Assembly (NCBI GenBank): GCA_047495785.1
Contig: JBLDXI010000023.1
Location: forward strand, 310,001-374,000
Direction of reading: 5' to 3'
Length of the DNA: 64,000 bases
From: Lepidodermella squamata
Taxonomy: Eukaryota > Animalia > Gastrotricha
The notes under the pieces were generated by a model that worked only from the letters and a program-made list of their open reading frames with translations, did no database searches and was not told the DNA's origin. Positions within the stretch are counted from its first letter, which is position 1, and each line of letters begins with the position of its first letter. The translations under genes were made by a program, and so were the position numbers. Of this stretch, positions 35,401-46,683 are shown piece by piece.

Positions 35401-38400
35401 TTCTCGGCCCTGGGGGTTTAGTATCCCGTGCATATCGGATCGGGGCAAAGTATCTGTTCATGTTGGGCATTTCTTATCGTAGCATTTTATTTTTACATTT
35501 AACATTTCAGCGAGTCTGACAGCGTGCAGGAACTACAACACGGACGTCTCCAGGTAGTTGGGAAAAACATTTATTTTGAGATATCACTATCGATCTGACT
35601 TGGCTTCTAATGATGAAAGATATGCCACGATGATGCTGTCTGTAATTGTTAGAATCAAAATGCGATGAAACAGAGGAAAGGAGAAGAAAAAGGAATGGAT
35701 TCCTCGGAGTTGAGAAAAGTAGGCACCCATCGCTTTGAACAGGAACCCATCGATTGGGGGGATAGGGGATAGGAGCTCATTGGTGGTTGATAGGAGTGTC
35801 CCATTGATTGCGGATAGGCACCCATTGGTGGCGGATAGGAGCTCATCATCGCCTGGACTGAAAAGCATAAAGGTCTGAGATCTGATGTTTTCGAAACAAT
35901 TAGCCGAAACTTACTTTCAAAGAGATTCGTTTTATTCAACTGTTTCTGCGAAACTGCGTGCGCATGTCTCATGTCGCTTGCTTCTTTTCGAGGAAGGTCT
36001 CACATTCCTTTGCGTGCTTCGAGCAAGTGGCGTGCCAGATTTCTGCCGTTCATTGGACGATTCCCTCTCTCTCTCTCTCTCTTCGTTGCATAGCACCTTC
36101 GCCGGCGAATAAATGCAATAGCAGCGGATAAAATAGCAATATAAAGAACTGCCTGCTATGACCCCAGATGTAAGCAGACGGAGACGAAGCAGGGTCAGAC
36201 GTAGGTTAAAGGCCTCGCTCGCATTTTCAGGCTTCGAGCGTGTGGCGTGCCAGATTTCCACCGTTCATTGAACTTTTACAGGAAGGACATTGACGTCTGT
36301 CGCGTTTGCTTTCTTCTTTTTCAAGCTTTTGCGGACGATTCGAAAGACTAATAATACTACTAGAAGTAAACGTTTTTTCAATCAACCATTAGATCATAGT
36401 ATTGCAAAAAACGGCTTGGTTGATTCGATCTGGAAACTGTTCAAGGATTTTAGACTTATTTCTCACCTTCTTCTCAAATAACGACTTCGTCAGTATCAGG
36501 TCAGCAAATCCTAGAAGTGAGTGACAGGCTAGTTCAGACGATTCTTTCTAGGGAAAATTAGGCCGCTGACATTACGAAGTGTCGTCGGTTGCGAGATTGT
36601 TTCATACAGTTTCTGAATGCTTGGCTGAAAAGGATGACATGGTTTCAATCGCATGAAAAACCCACTGGGCGTTCGAGTCAAGAGCGGATTATTGTTTTCG
36701 CATAAAATTGCCTTTTTTGAGCTTACGAATTAGATAAGGTCATTGGTGCAATTTCTTTTTTTAATTGTTGATAAGGCTATGCCATATTTCCTCTCAAAAT
36801 TACTCCACTATGTAAAACTGCTCATTTCCATTTGTGTTCGATTATTTTTAGCCAACGACCCTCAACAACCTCCCGCGTCGCCGTCGCTGCCCGTCGACAT
36901 CGAACTCGCCGACCGCGTCGTCTTCCCGCACCTGCGCCAACTCGTCACCGAACGGCGGTTGCTGGACGCCGGCCGGTTGGCAGCCGCCATCCACGCGGCG
37001 ACTCGCGGTTTCTCGCTCGCCGCGTGGCTGTCGACGGAACGCAACAAAACCGGGCACGACGACCCGAAATACCGGCTGACGGACTTCGTGGGCGCGCTGC
37101 ATCGCCTGCACGCTGAATTCGAGTGGCCGTACCCTGTGCTGGTGCCTACCTCGTCGTCTTCGTTCAGCCACGGTGGCGGCGGGGCTGGCCTTCTTTCGAG
37201 TCGGTTGTTATCCGCGTCTCAGACCAGTCTGCTGCAGACGCAGCAGTCGGTGCAGCATCAGCAGCAAAATCAGCCGGGCGTTGGTGGCGTTGAGCCGAGT
37301 GTGCGCTTCCGCATCGCCCCGCCTGTCGACGATCTGCCGCCGACGGCGAATGGCGACCACGACGACATCGAACTTGTGCCACGCTTCTCAATCGGAAGTG
37401 AGTTGAAGATTTCGACGTTTTCTTGGGAATTTTATTGAAAAATCTGATTGTCATCCATAAATTATGAAATATTAGGATTATTTTAAAAGTTTGAATTTTG
37501 TGATTTTTTGCAATTTTCTCCCGAATTTCGAGTAAGATTATGAGGTATGAGGCTGTTAATCGGCCATTTCGATAATACTAATTTTTAGAATTGCCGACGT
37601 TTTGGTGTAATGAGGGCTGTTAGAATTCGAAAATCTTGAAATCTTAATATTGGCCCAACTTTCAGAAAGTTTCCCCAATAAAACAATCAAAGCTTTATTG
37701 AATTGAAATTTCTCGAAGAGTTTGCGATTCTAGAACTAGAATTTTGAACGTGCCACTTTACGCACTGAATCAATCATCTGAAGTAATTTCCTGAGACTTT
37801 CTCTAGTAATTTCGACAATTTTCCGGTTTTTAATCAAATATTAATGTGACTGTTTTTTCTTTATTACTAGACATTGGCGAGACGGGTAATTTGCACCACG
37901 TGACGTCGCACACGACCGGCGACAACAATTCCGACTCGGGGTCGTTGATGTCGCACAGCGAGTCCCTGCACTCGTACGTGTCGTCGAATTTCGACTCGGC
38001 GGCGGCGAACAACATCGTGGCGCTGCCGCCGCCGAACCACTCGAGCAGCGGCCTTGGCAGCTTCTCGAATAACGGCGGCGGAGCCAACGGAGCGGCGAAC
38101 GGCACCGGGGCGTCGAACGTGCTGGTGATGATGGCGGGCGGGTACCGGCACGAGCCGCACCTGCGCTTCCTGTTCCAGGTGATGGTCGAGGCGGCGTGGT
38201 TCGACTGGGCCCTGCTCATCGCCGTGCTGCTGCGCGACCCCAAGCTCGGCCTCGAGTCCATCCGCAGCATCGTCGCGTTGATGCTGCCAGCCGATGACCA
38301 TCAACAAGCTGATCAGACAGCAGGCAAATCGACCAACAGCCCGGCACCGGCACCGGCTGCTGGTAGTCATAGCAGCGTGAATGCGGCCATTGTGGCGATG

Positions 38401-41198
38401 GTGCGCGATATCTGCCTCGGTTTCGGCCACTTCGTCTCGTGGGCGGCGCAGTCGTGGTGAGTAAAAACTCTTTTGAATACTAATTTTAATCTATTGGCCA
38501 CTTCCGTGGAATGCGATTTTCCTGCTTAAAATTCGGCAACTTGTTGCGGGAAATTTTTCTATATTTTTGTAAAAATTAACAAATTTACGATGGAAAACTC
38601 GTAAAATCCCGACGGTTGCTGGTTCGGTAATTTCCGGTATTTTACCTGGTTGATGCGCCGAAGCAGGAGGGCCGGTTAGGGGCTACATCTGCCTATGATT
38701 AAAAATGACCGAAACTAATTTTCATTGAAAGATTTCAGAAAAAAAGCAAACTTCAGCAAAGTATTAAAAAAATTGAAAAAACCGATCGCGGTGTTTTCCA
38801 TTGAAAAAATTCAGATTTCACCTAATTTTCACCTAATTTTATTTTAATTCAAAAATATTATTAAAACTACAAAAAATACTAATACTAATTTTTAAATTTC
38901 GTTTTTTGACACTTTGTCGCAGGAAACCGCGCTTGAAACTTGGATGTTTGACGGGTTTTGAGTTTCGCGCGGTCATGTGACTAGAGACTAGAGATATTTG
39001 TACGCGTTCTTGTGCACAACGTCAGATGGTATTATCAACTTGTCAGAATTTTCAGAATCGCCACCTGAGCATCCTATCGCTCTCGGACTTTTTTCTATCC
39101 ATCATTTTGACTATTCTGTATTTTCTAAAATTAGTTTCAGCTCTTGGGCGGATTTTTCTTGCCAAATATTTTTAATCCCATTGGCAAGTGACATATTTTA
39201 TTGCATTTTGAATTTTCTAACATTTTTACGGCCATAAGCTGTTATTAATTCGCTTCACCCTTTTTCGTTTTTTGTTCAAGTCAAATATTCGACTCGCTGT
39301 AGAAATGCTGGTCGAATTTTGTCGAAAAATAGGGCTGAAACATGGGATTACTTGCATTACATTTTTACATCAGCTTTCATCGTCCTCTCTACAAAGTTTT
39401 AAACTTAAGCCGGAAATCTACTGGAAATTGTTTAAATCGCACATAATTTTTCTTCAAAAGCGTCTTCGAAAACAAAGAATTTTTTGGAAAAATGATACCT
39501 TAATTATTTTTTGTATTTTATACCCTGGAAAAAAATCATGCGTCAAAATTCTCGTGTGTACATTGCTTACATTGCAAAGCAAAAATTTCGAGAAAATTTG
39601 ACTGAACAATTTGTCGCTACTATATTCTTGAACTTGTATCATCCATCGACTTTCCTTCTAGCTGCTGTTCGATATATAAACTAATCGGCTATTCAAGAGA
39701 GATTTTTCACACATGAAAACTGTGATTTGCAGTCGATTTCTCTTAATAAACTTCGAACTATAAAAAACTGCGAGCCAAGTACAGCGGCTTCAAGGTATCA
39801 TGTATCGGTGAGGATTCAAATTACCAAAAGCAAGTCAATTAGTTGTCCAGATCGTTTTCATTTTAACTTGCACGTGTATCACATGGCCGGTGATGAGCGG
39901 GTTTCGAGTTTCATCGCCAGCGTACAATTGCGATGCGTTTCCGCCGTGTCGCCAACTGAGAACACCGCCGCCATAGCGATGCGATGCGTGTTGTTTACAG
40001 TGCTGCTGATCAAAAAGTGTCAAGGGCGAAGTGTCCGAAATGTGTGGCTAATGCACCGCGGGCTATTTCAATCGACGGCAAAGACAGTAGAGACAGGGAC
40101 GGGCAGGAAATGCTTCGAAATGGCGTTGAGCCTTGGGAAAATGTTATTTCCTCCATTTAGAATTGAGACACTTGGTGACACTTGAGAGCTCAAATGCAAA
40201 AAAATGATTTCAGATGAAAAAATAACTCGGTTAAATATTTTGCTGGATAGAAAATTGATCGCAAAAAATAAAATGTTCTCAATTTTTACCTATTAGTTGG
40301 TATGAAGAACTGACAAATTCTATTTTCGAAATTGATAGGGCACTATCTCTCTAATCCTCTCTAATCGGGTCTATAGCATAAAAGTGCCGATTTCGCTGCT
40401 AGTTTCTTCGCCTGCTTCAAAATTTCAAAAATTCCATTTTTTGGCTCGGCTGCCATTAATCTAGATGAAAAGGAGCAACAATTAATTCGTAAGTTTTCGA
40501 CAAGATAGCTCTCCTTGACCTTTGACCTGACAAAGTGCGAGTTTTTATCTCGGTTTGAACAAAAAAATAATTTCACAATATGAACTTCGCTAAGCACGAA
40601 TATTCAATTCTTTTTTTTTAATTTCTAAAATTATTAAAATTATTAAAAATTTTATATCAGGCCAAGACTTTATTTAAGTATTTTTGGCAACAATTCGTCC
40701 AAAATGGCTTTTCTATAAGTTAATTAGTTGGATTTAAAAGTTTAGAATTTGAAGATGCAAATTCTTAATTTTAATTTATTTGTTTTCAGTCCGGCCTACC
40801 TAGCCTTTGCGCACGTGATGGACCCGCAAATCCGGCGGCTGAGCTTCCTGCTCGCCCAAAGCCCGCCAACTTCGCCGCCGCTGTCCCGCGCCGAGTCGCC
40901 GCGACCCGCCGCCGAAGCGCCCGCCGCCGCCCGAGTCGCCTCAGCCCATCCTCTGCAATCGTCGCCACTGGCTTCGAGCGGCGGCGGCGATCGCAGCGCC
41001 GCGAACCAGGGCTCGCCGGACGACTTTCTGGCCGCCTACTCGTCGCAGCGGTCGTCGAGCCGCGCGACCAGCGACGCGAGCTTCGCCGACTCGTCGACGC
41101 TGGCGTCGGCGGCGGCGGCGGACGCGGACTTCAACGGTGAGGACCACCTGGTGGCGGCCGACACGCCGGCCGGCCAGTCCAACTGCGTCCTGCAGTGA
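20477..41198 (+). CDS. RIC1: RIC1, RAB6A-GEF complex subunit. Exons: 20477-20815, 20869-22320, 23244-23756, 33082-33295, 34906-35331, 36852-37397, 37871-38456, 40790-41198
   Basis: Motifs: NWPI...AVAGRTG...WKLFGNISQE, FLSRRVML, IYPL, FPHVLELLLH, PLPDPLLPRV, CARKMEAVLWPYLF, SYLIIL, LHAEFEWPYP, CPAY. All seven introns are GT-AG with compatible phases. The exon 5 donor is the least certain boundary. Confidence 0.93.
24237..25357 (-). CDS. DUF2431/BMT5-like methyltransferase-fold protein, paralogue A (exons 25357-24976, 24787-24237; 310 aa)
   Basis: Motifs: LFVGEGRFEFS, IVATE, IDATN, YIFFHCPW, FGYSHRKS. A phase-1 GT-AG intron gives a continuous frame. Confidence 0.8.
25900..27264 (-). CDS. DUF2431/BMT5-like paralogue B (exons 27264-26847, 26480-25900; 332 aa)
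   Basis: Motifs: FFVGEGRFEFC, IVATE, GIDATN, YIFFNCPW, YGYTHRKS. Same phase-1 intron position as paralogue A. Confidence 0.8.
28497..29613 (-). mobile_element. 5'-truncated RTE-like LINE of a second family (RT C-terminal half)
   Basis: ORF 28774-29589 has FADD, FKYLGS and RGRPPTRW. 8-bp tandem tail, (AAATGAAC)n on the + strand, at about 28497-28525. TSD GTATAGCGATTC at 28485-28496 and 29614-29625. Confidence 0.92.
29681..30606 (-). CDS. DUF2431/BMT5-like paralogue C (exons 30606-30228, 30075-29681; 257 aa)
   Basis: Motifs: VFVGEGRFEFS, LATE, GIDATN, YLFFNCPW, YGYRHRKS. Same intron position. AATAAA signals lie just downstream on the minus strand. Confidence 0.8.
31351..32326 (-). CDS. Divergent DUF2431/BMT5-like paralogue D (exons 32326-31975, 31757-31351; 252 aa)
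   Basis: Same intron position and intact frame. Motifs are altered to IVGDSNDFNFS, GIRPGD and YIYYNCPS, and the HRKS motif is absent. Confidence 0.7.
33690..34007 (+). mobile_element. tRNA-derived SINE in RIC1 intron 4
   Basis: A box TGGTGTAGTGG and B box GGTTCGATTCC, followed by about 240 bp of non-tRNA body. 12-bp TSD ACGAGTAGCCAG at 33678-33689 and 34008-34019. Confidence 0.88.
35745..35850 (-). repeat. Degenerate ~21-24-bp tandem repeat reading SSYPPPMG-like on the minus strand
   Basis: Repeated GATAGG...CATTG units on the + strand. The minus frame reads MMSSYPPPMGAYPQSMGHSYQPPMSSYPLSPQSMG. Confidence 0.5.
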
Positions 41199-43573
41199 TC
41201 ATTTTCTAAGCAGCGGCTGCTTTCACAATTGTTTCGAATATTATTATTATAATAAACTGGCGCATAATTATTACTGATAATTTATTCCTTTCGCTTTTTT
41301 GTATTATTATGCCTAAAAATCACTAAAATCGTCTAACGATGAAAATAATATGATTTTGCTGTACTCAAAATTCGGTTGTTGAACTTGAACGCAAGGATGA
41401 GAATAATAAATTTCGAGTAAAGGTATGGCCCACTTTTATTATTGGTTGGCGTATTTGTTTTTTCTCCGCGTGTCCCCCTTTTTTCCAGCATCGACCGCAC
41501 AGCTGCACTATACCTACCGGGTTGGAGGCAAAATTTGTTCCCAAATGCGATGATTTATTAATCGCGATTATTGCGCTGTCCAAAATCGATAGAGCGGACC
41601 AAAGTTGATGCGGTAAAATGAGCAAATACCGCATCATTTTAGAGATGAATTCTCCTATTTTTACAACGCTGTCTCGGTTTTCTACGTGTAGATTAGTCGA
41701 TTTTAAATGTTGTTGCTGTAATCGATTCGGAGGATCCAGATTTTCTATGTGCGTTCCGCTTTTCTATTGGCGACTTTTTATTCGAGATTTTCGAGCAAAT
41801 AATGCTGGTCAGACAGACTTTCCAGTAGTTGCAGCAATGTTTTATTTGATCTACGAAATAAACTAGCACCGGCCACGGGTGGGCGCGTCCCGCAATGATT
41901 TCGAATCAATCAAACTGAACTTGAATCACGGTAAAACTTCACGGAAAATTCATAAGACCGGATTTTCAATTTGTTTACAAAATAATTAAATGCCACTGAT
42001 TATTTGACTGCATATACTGGAAAATCACTCCTAAAACCGCCGGAATTAATTACTAATTTTAGAATTATTAATTAACAGCGGACATTTTTTATTAGGTTAA
42101 CGCTAGGTGCGCAGGGTTTTACGACAATTCATCAGTGAACTTTCGAGGAGGAGTGACAAAACACAAAACATTAGTGACTTTTTCAGTCGTTTTTTTCCAT
42201 CTTTTAATGACTTCTTATCATAAGATAGTAGATTCATAAGCAGAGGAATTTTAGCAGTTTTCTCCCGGGCGCATCTAGGCATCAATTTGAAAGTATAACG
42301 GCTTTTATCAGAACAGGAAAATTTAGATGCCAATAATTGAAATTTAATGAATTGTCACATGCTCATTTGTCACTGATATTATTTTGTCCCTGACGAAATG
42401 TTGATCGCCTATGGATTTGTCATCGCATATGCTGAACGTAGGCGTTGATATATAATCAAGTTCCTTTTTCGTTCATTTCGGCCAAACATATGAATTAAGG
42501 TAAATAAAACACTTCCTTAATAATTGTCACTTCAGCTTTTCAAACAATGTTGTTTGCAATACGCGACGGCATCATAATATTGGTGTTCTTTTTTCCAACC
42601 CGGCGTAGAACTCTCAAACGTCATTTTCAAAAAATATTTAGCTCAATGCGGCAAGCTTTATTATTGCCCGTAAAACGTAATAATTATATATAGACAGGGT
42701 GACCTTTACGCTTCGCAGGTGATGATTAGCTTTCAAAAATTCGAAAAAATGTGCGGAATTTTGCATAAAATTCTGCGTTTGTTCAGCTTTCGTTTGACAA
42801 TAAACTCGATGATCGATTTCCAGAAACAAATTACACGCTTTAGATTTAATTTCAAGGCTTGTTTAAAATGAATTTTTCAAAAAAACTCTAAACTTTCACA
42901 AGGCAGAGCTCAATTCTGGCTGTGCATTTCAGCAGAGCATCTACCTGAAGTTCAGGTGAAAAATCGGATTATTTTTGGACATATAGATAGGAAGCATTAT
43001 ATTTTTCTCGAATTTGAAAAAAATCACACGTGAAAACTCATGCGGCAATCACACGCGCTAATGAGTTTTCAAAATTATCCGCTAATTGCCAAAAATCATC
43101 AGGCATGAGTAGGGAAATTCTCAAAATTTGCCTAATTTTTTTTTAAATTCCTAATCCTTTGAGCAGCAATTTTTATTATTTTTTTTCATCCCCTCGTTAC
43201 ATCTCATAGAGCTCTTTGTCCAAAACCCGAGAATTTAACCGCAAATTGTCGGAAAATTCCAATCTCTGGCCCGAAATATGCGTTAGTAACAACAGTGAAA
43301 TATTCATGCGTTAGGCATTCTGATTTCGCCGAAGCGCCGGCTTAGTCGTGATCTCACAATCGCGCACGTGTGCTCGCTTCCTCGAAAGAGACGAAAAAAT
43401 GCGCGCGCGCAAAAAAATCAGTACTCGGAAAACACAGCGCGTAGGCAATTGCGATCAATGAAGCGGCGTGTCTTGTACAGCAGCAGCACCTGACTTGTCC
43501 CTCGACGCTTCCTCACAGCAGCAGCAGGGGTAGTATTACACACACATCAGCGCGCAGCATATTTTACCTAGTC

Positions 43574-43580
43574 TATAAAA
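43574..43580 (+). promoter_or_regulatory. Candidate TATA box upstream of the nuclear receptor
   Basis: TATAAAA in a CTATAAAAG context, following a CpG-rich patch. Motif match only. Confidence 0.2.
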
Positions 43581-46500
43581 GCGGCGGTGATGGGCACAGA
43601 ATATGAAGTTTCACGCTCATCACTTGGGTTAATTTTGCGATTTACAGTTCATTTTTCTACGGCAAGCCTACGCCGAGAGCACTTTATATCGAAGCATTCA
43701 ATGCTAAAACGGCGACAGCGACGAATCGAGACCACCAAGTCTCGCAAATCTCGGCCTGTTTAACCCTGTAAATTTTTTTCCAAAAAATTGGTCCCTCGAA
43801 AAATTAAAAAAATTAATTAATTCCCTAATTTTGGTGACCCAATTTTGCTTATCATTTTCAACTCGGAAATACCTAATTTTAACGATACATATTTGCGCAA
43901 AGAATTGGTCGATTCTGCATTTTTTCCCGCCTTGGTAATGCCAATGGTATGCTACTACTACTATATTACATAGGCGGCAAAAAGTCAACACCGTTATCGC
44001 TCGCGTCGTGTATTATTCCATGAAAAATACATATAATAATAATATTTGTATTATTATTATTACACGGGCGGCTGATAGCAAATAGTGCAAGCCCGCTTTT
44101 TCCGCCGTTATATTAATTAATTTTTCACTTTATCGGATTTTAATAGGGACATGCTATGCCGGTGGCGTGTTTAATTCAGTCTCCTATCTATACTGCTGCC
44201 ACGCCGTGCTTTTAGTACACTATAGGTATAATATATACTGAACCGGTTTATGTAATCTGTGAATTGTCTCAAAATGCGTGCATTTACTTTATCGCGTGGT
44301 CCTAAATTCGTTATACACAAAAAATGGACCCATTTATAATCGACTGGTTATGGACACACATTTTTTCTTCCACTAATTCTGTTCCTCTGTCCTGGCTATT
44401 TAGATCAGCTTAAAAAAATAATCAAATTATCGATTTGTCCTGATTTCTGTTTAAGTCGCTAAAAATAGTTGTAGAAAAAAATTGGAACGAGGACAATTTT
44501 TTAGGCGATTCATTCTGATTTGATAGTTATTAATAACCAATCGCTGTCAACCTCAATTATCGCCCAATCACTTTTGAACAAAAAAAAAGCCGTATCTATG
44601 TAGAAAAAATCGGGTCAATTGGTGCATTTTTAGGTGTCACTACTTCGATTATAACTTGAGTTGTTAATTTCCCGCATTAGCCGGAAACTTGCTCGATTTT
44701 ACTTGTGCGAGAAGCCCGGCTTGATCGAAATGAGATAAGACATCTCGATTTAGCGAAATTGCTCGCCTTTCTACTTTTAGCGTGTATTCCATGATAGAAT
44801 TCCGTTCATCCAGCTCCACCCACCTATTCGGTGAGCAGGTCCCGTGCATTTTCAACGTCCGATAGTAAGGTTATTCAATTATCGATATTGCTAATAATAA
44901 AAGCCGTGCATCTCAGCACGTACATGCATTCTTTTTTTAAATCATTCGCAGCATCTCGGTACTAGCAACATGATGAATTGTTTTGAAATTACTGTACAGA
45001 AAGCGGTGATTTTTTCAATTTTCATGTCAAAAAATCGCCTGTAAATTCCTGTAAAAATTTTAAAGGTCCACTTCCAGGAATTACAGGGAGGCGGTTTAGA
45101 GTAGCAACCTCTTTTATAGGTGCAAAGTCACTGATTTTAGAAAGCAATAAAGCTATATTTCCTCTTATTTTAAGCCCTCAGCCTTGATTTCGGGGCATTT
45201 TTACTCGAAATTGAATGATAAATAATAGATTCCAAACAAATGGGATTTGCACCACTGAAAGCTGAGGTCGATTTGACCGAAAGTAATGCACCTTATTATC
45301 TTGAGATTTTATAAAAATTTTAAATTAAATCGCCTGAAATATATGTAATAATATTGAACAAATGTAGGCTTCAGGAGGACTTCGAGGACATTTAGGGTAT
45401 CCACGTGGCACTCGATTTTTTATATTTCTCTCCTAATAATTTGTGCGTTCGACACGAGAAGACCACTCATGGTATTTTTGATAAAAATAATAAGTCGTGA
45501 AGATGAGCTCGCTATCTGCTCTAGTCCGTTATTGTCCACTTAATATCAGGCCAATTTTCACTGCTAGCTATTGTCCGTTTGGTGTTCTGTGTCTGCGCTC
45601 GCTGTTACGTAATAATTATTATTGGCGTCGTCTCAAAAAATTGGGTCGTTCCCAAACAATCGCGGCGGCGTGCTCTCTTTTTATTATTATTTTATCAGTG
45701 CTGGGGTGAGCAAGTGCGTAATCGAGGGATGATGAATGGACAGACTATCCTCTTGTGTCTGTCTTATTCCAGCGAGGTCACAGCCGCCTGATGATGGGCT
45801 GCTGTAATTGCTCTTGCACGCGTGCGTAACACGACAGTGGCGGCGGCGGGCCGGGTCAGTCGATTTTATTACTGTCGGACAACAAGCCACTCATCATCAT
45901 CTTTCGTATCACCACCACAGGCTCTCATTTTTATCATTTCCCCCCGGCTAGCTAGTATTTTAGATTCTGTCGTGTCACACTTATACGGTTGAATAGGTTT
46001 CTTTTCTCCAAGTCTAGTAAATAGCTCTTTTTGATTGATGTCCCACACGGAAAAATTACTTCTTCTTCTTGGTTCGCAAAATTTAAAAGGAATTTTTCTG
46101 ATGAGTCTCAACTATCAGTTGTTTAAATTTCCGTCGATTGCTGCTTTCACGTGATTAAATTTTTTATCGGAACTCTTTGCGTGATTTTACGACCTATTTT
46201 CAGACACTCATTTTTTGCTGAATATCCACTAGGCATGCTTTTTCACTTCGAATGGAATTTTTCTTAATAAAAAACCCAGAAAATTGCTGAGATTTTTGTT
46301 TTCGATTACATTGTCCCACTCGAGAAAATCAGTTATTTGGCCCAAAAAATTCTGGGACAATTTTGGGACTTCAGTCATACTATTAAGGCGGTTCTTATTG
46401 TTCATGTTCTTCATTATTTAGATTTTTGTGACTAAATAATTTCTGCTCGAAATTGTTGGCAATGGAGCGAATTTCTGGCATCGGACTCCGTCGCATCGCA

Positions 46501-46683
46501 AAACAGCAACGAAGCCTTCAAAGTCGCAAGCTAAAATTGGGCCGAAAATGCTCATTAAAAGTTTGTCATAGCTCGGCTTAATTATTATTGAAATTACTTG
46601 AAATCGCGATAAATATTGTTAGAATTTTCTCAGCTTTTACCTTTATTTTCGAGTGTGTTAGATTGTTTTTTTTAATTTCGCAG

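Noticed and set aside
46097-46140. Hammerhead ribozyme core (CTGATGAG)
   Set aside because: There is no stem II followed by GAAA and no flanking stems.
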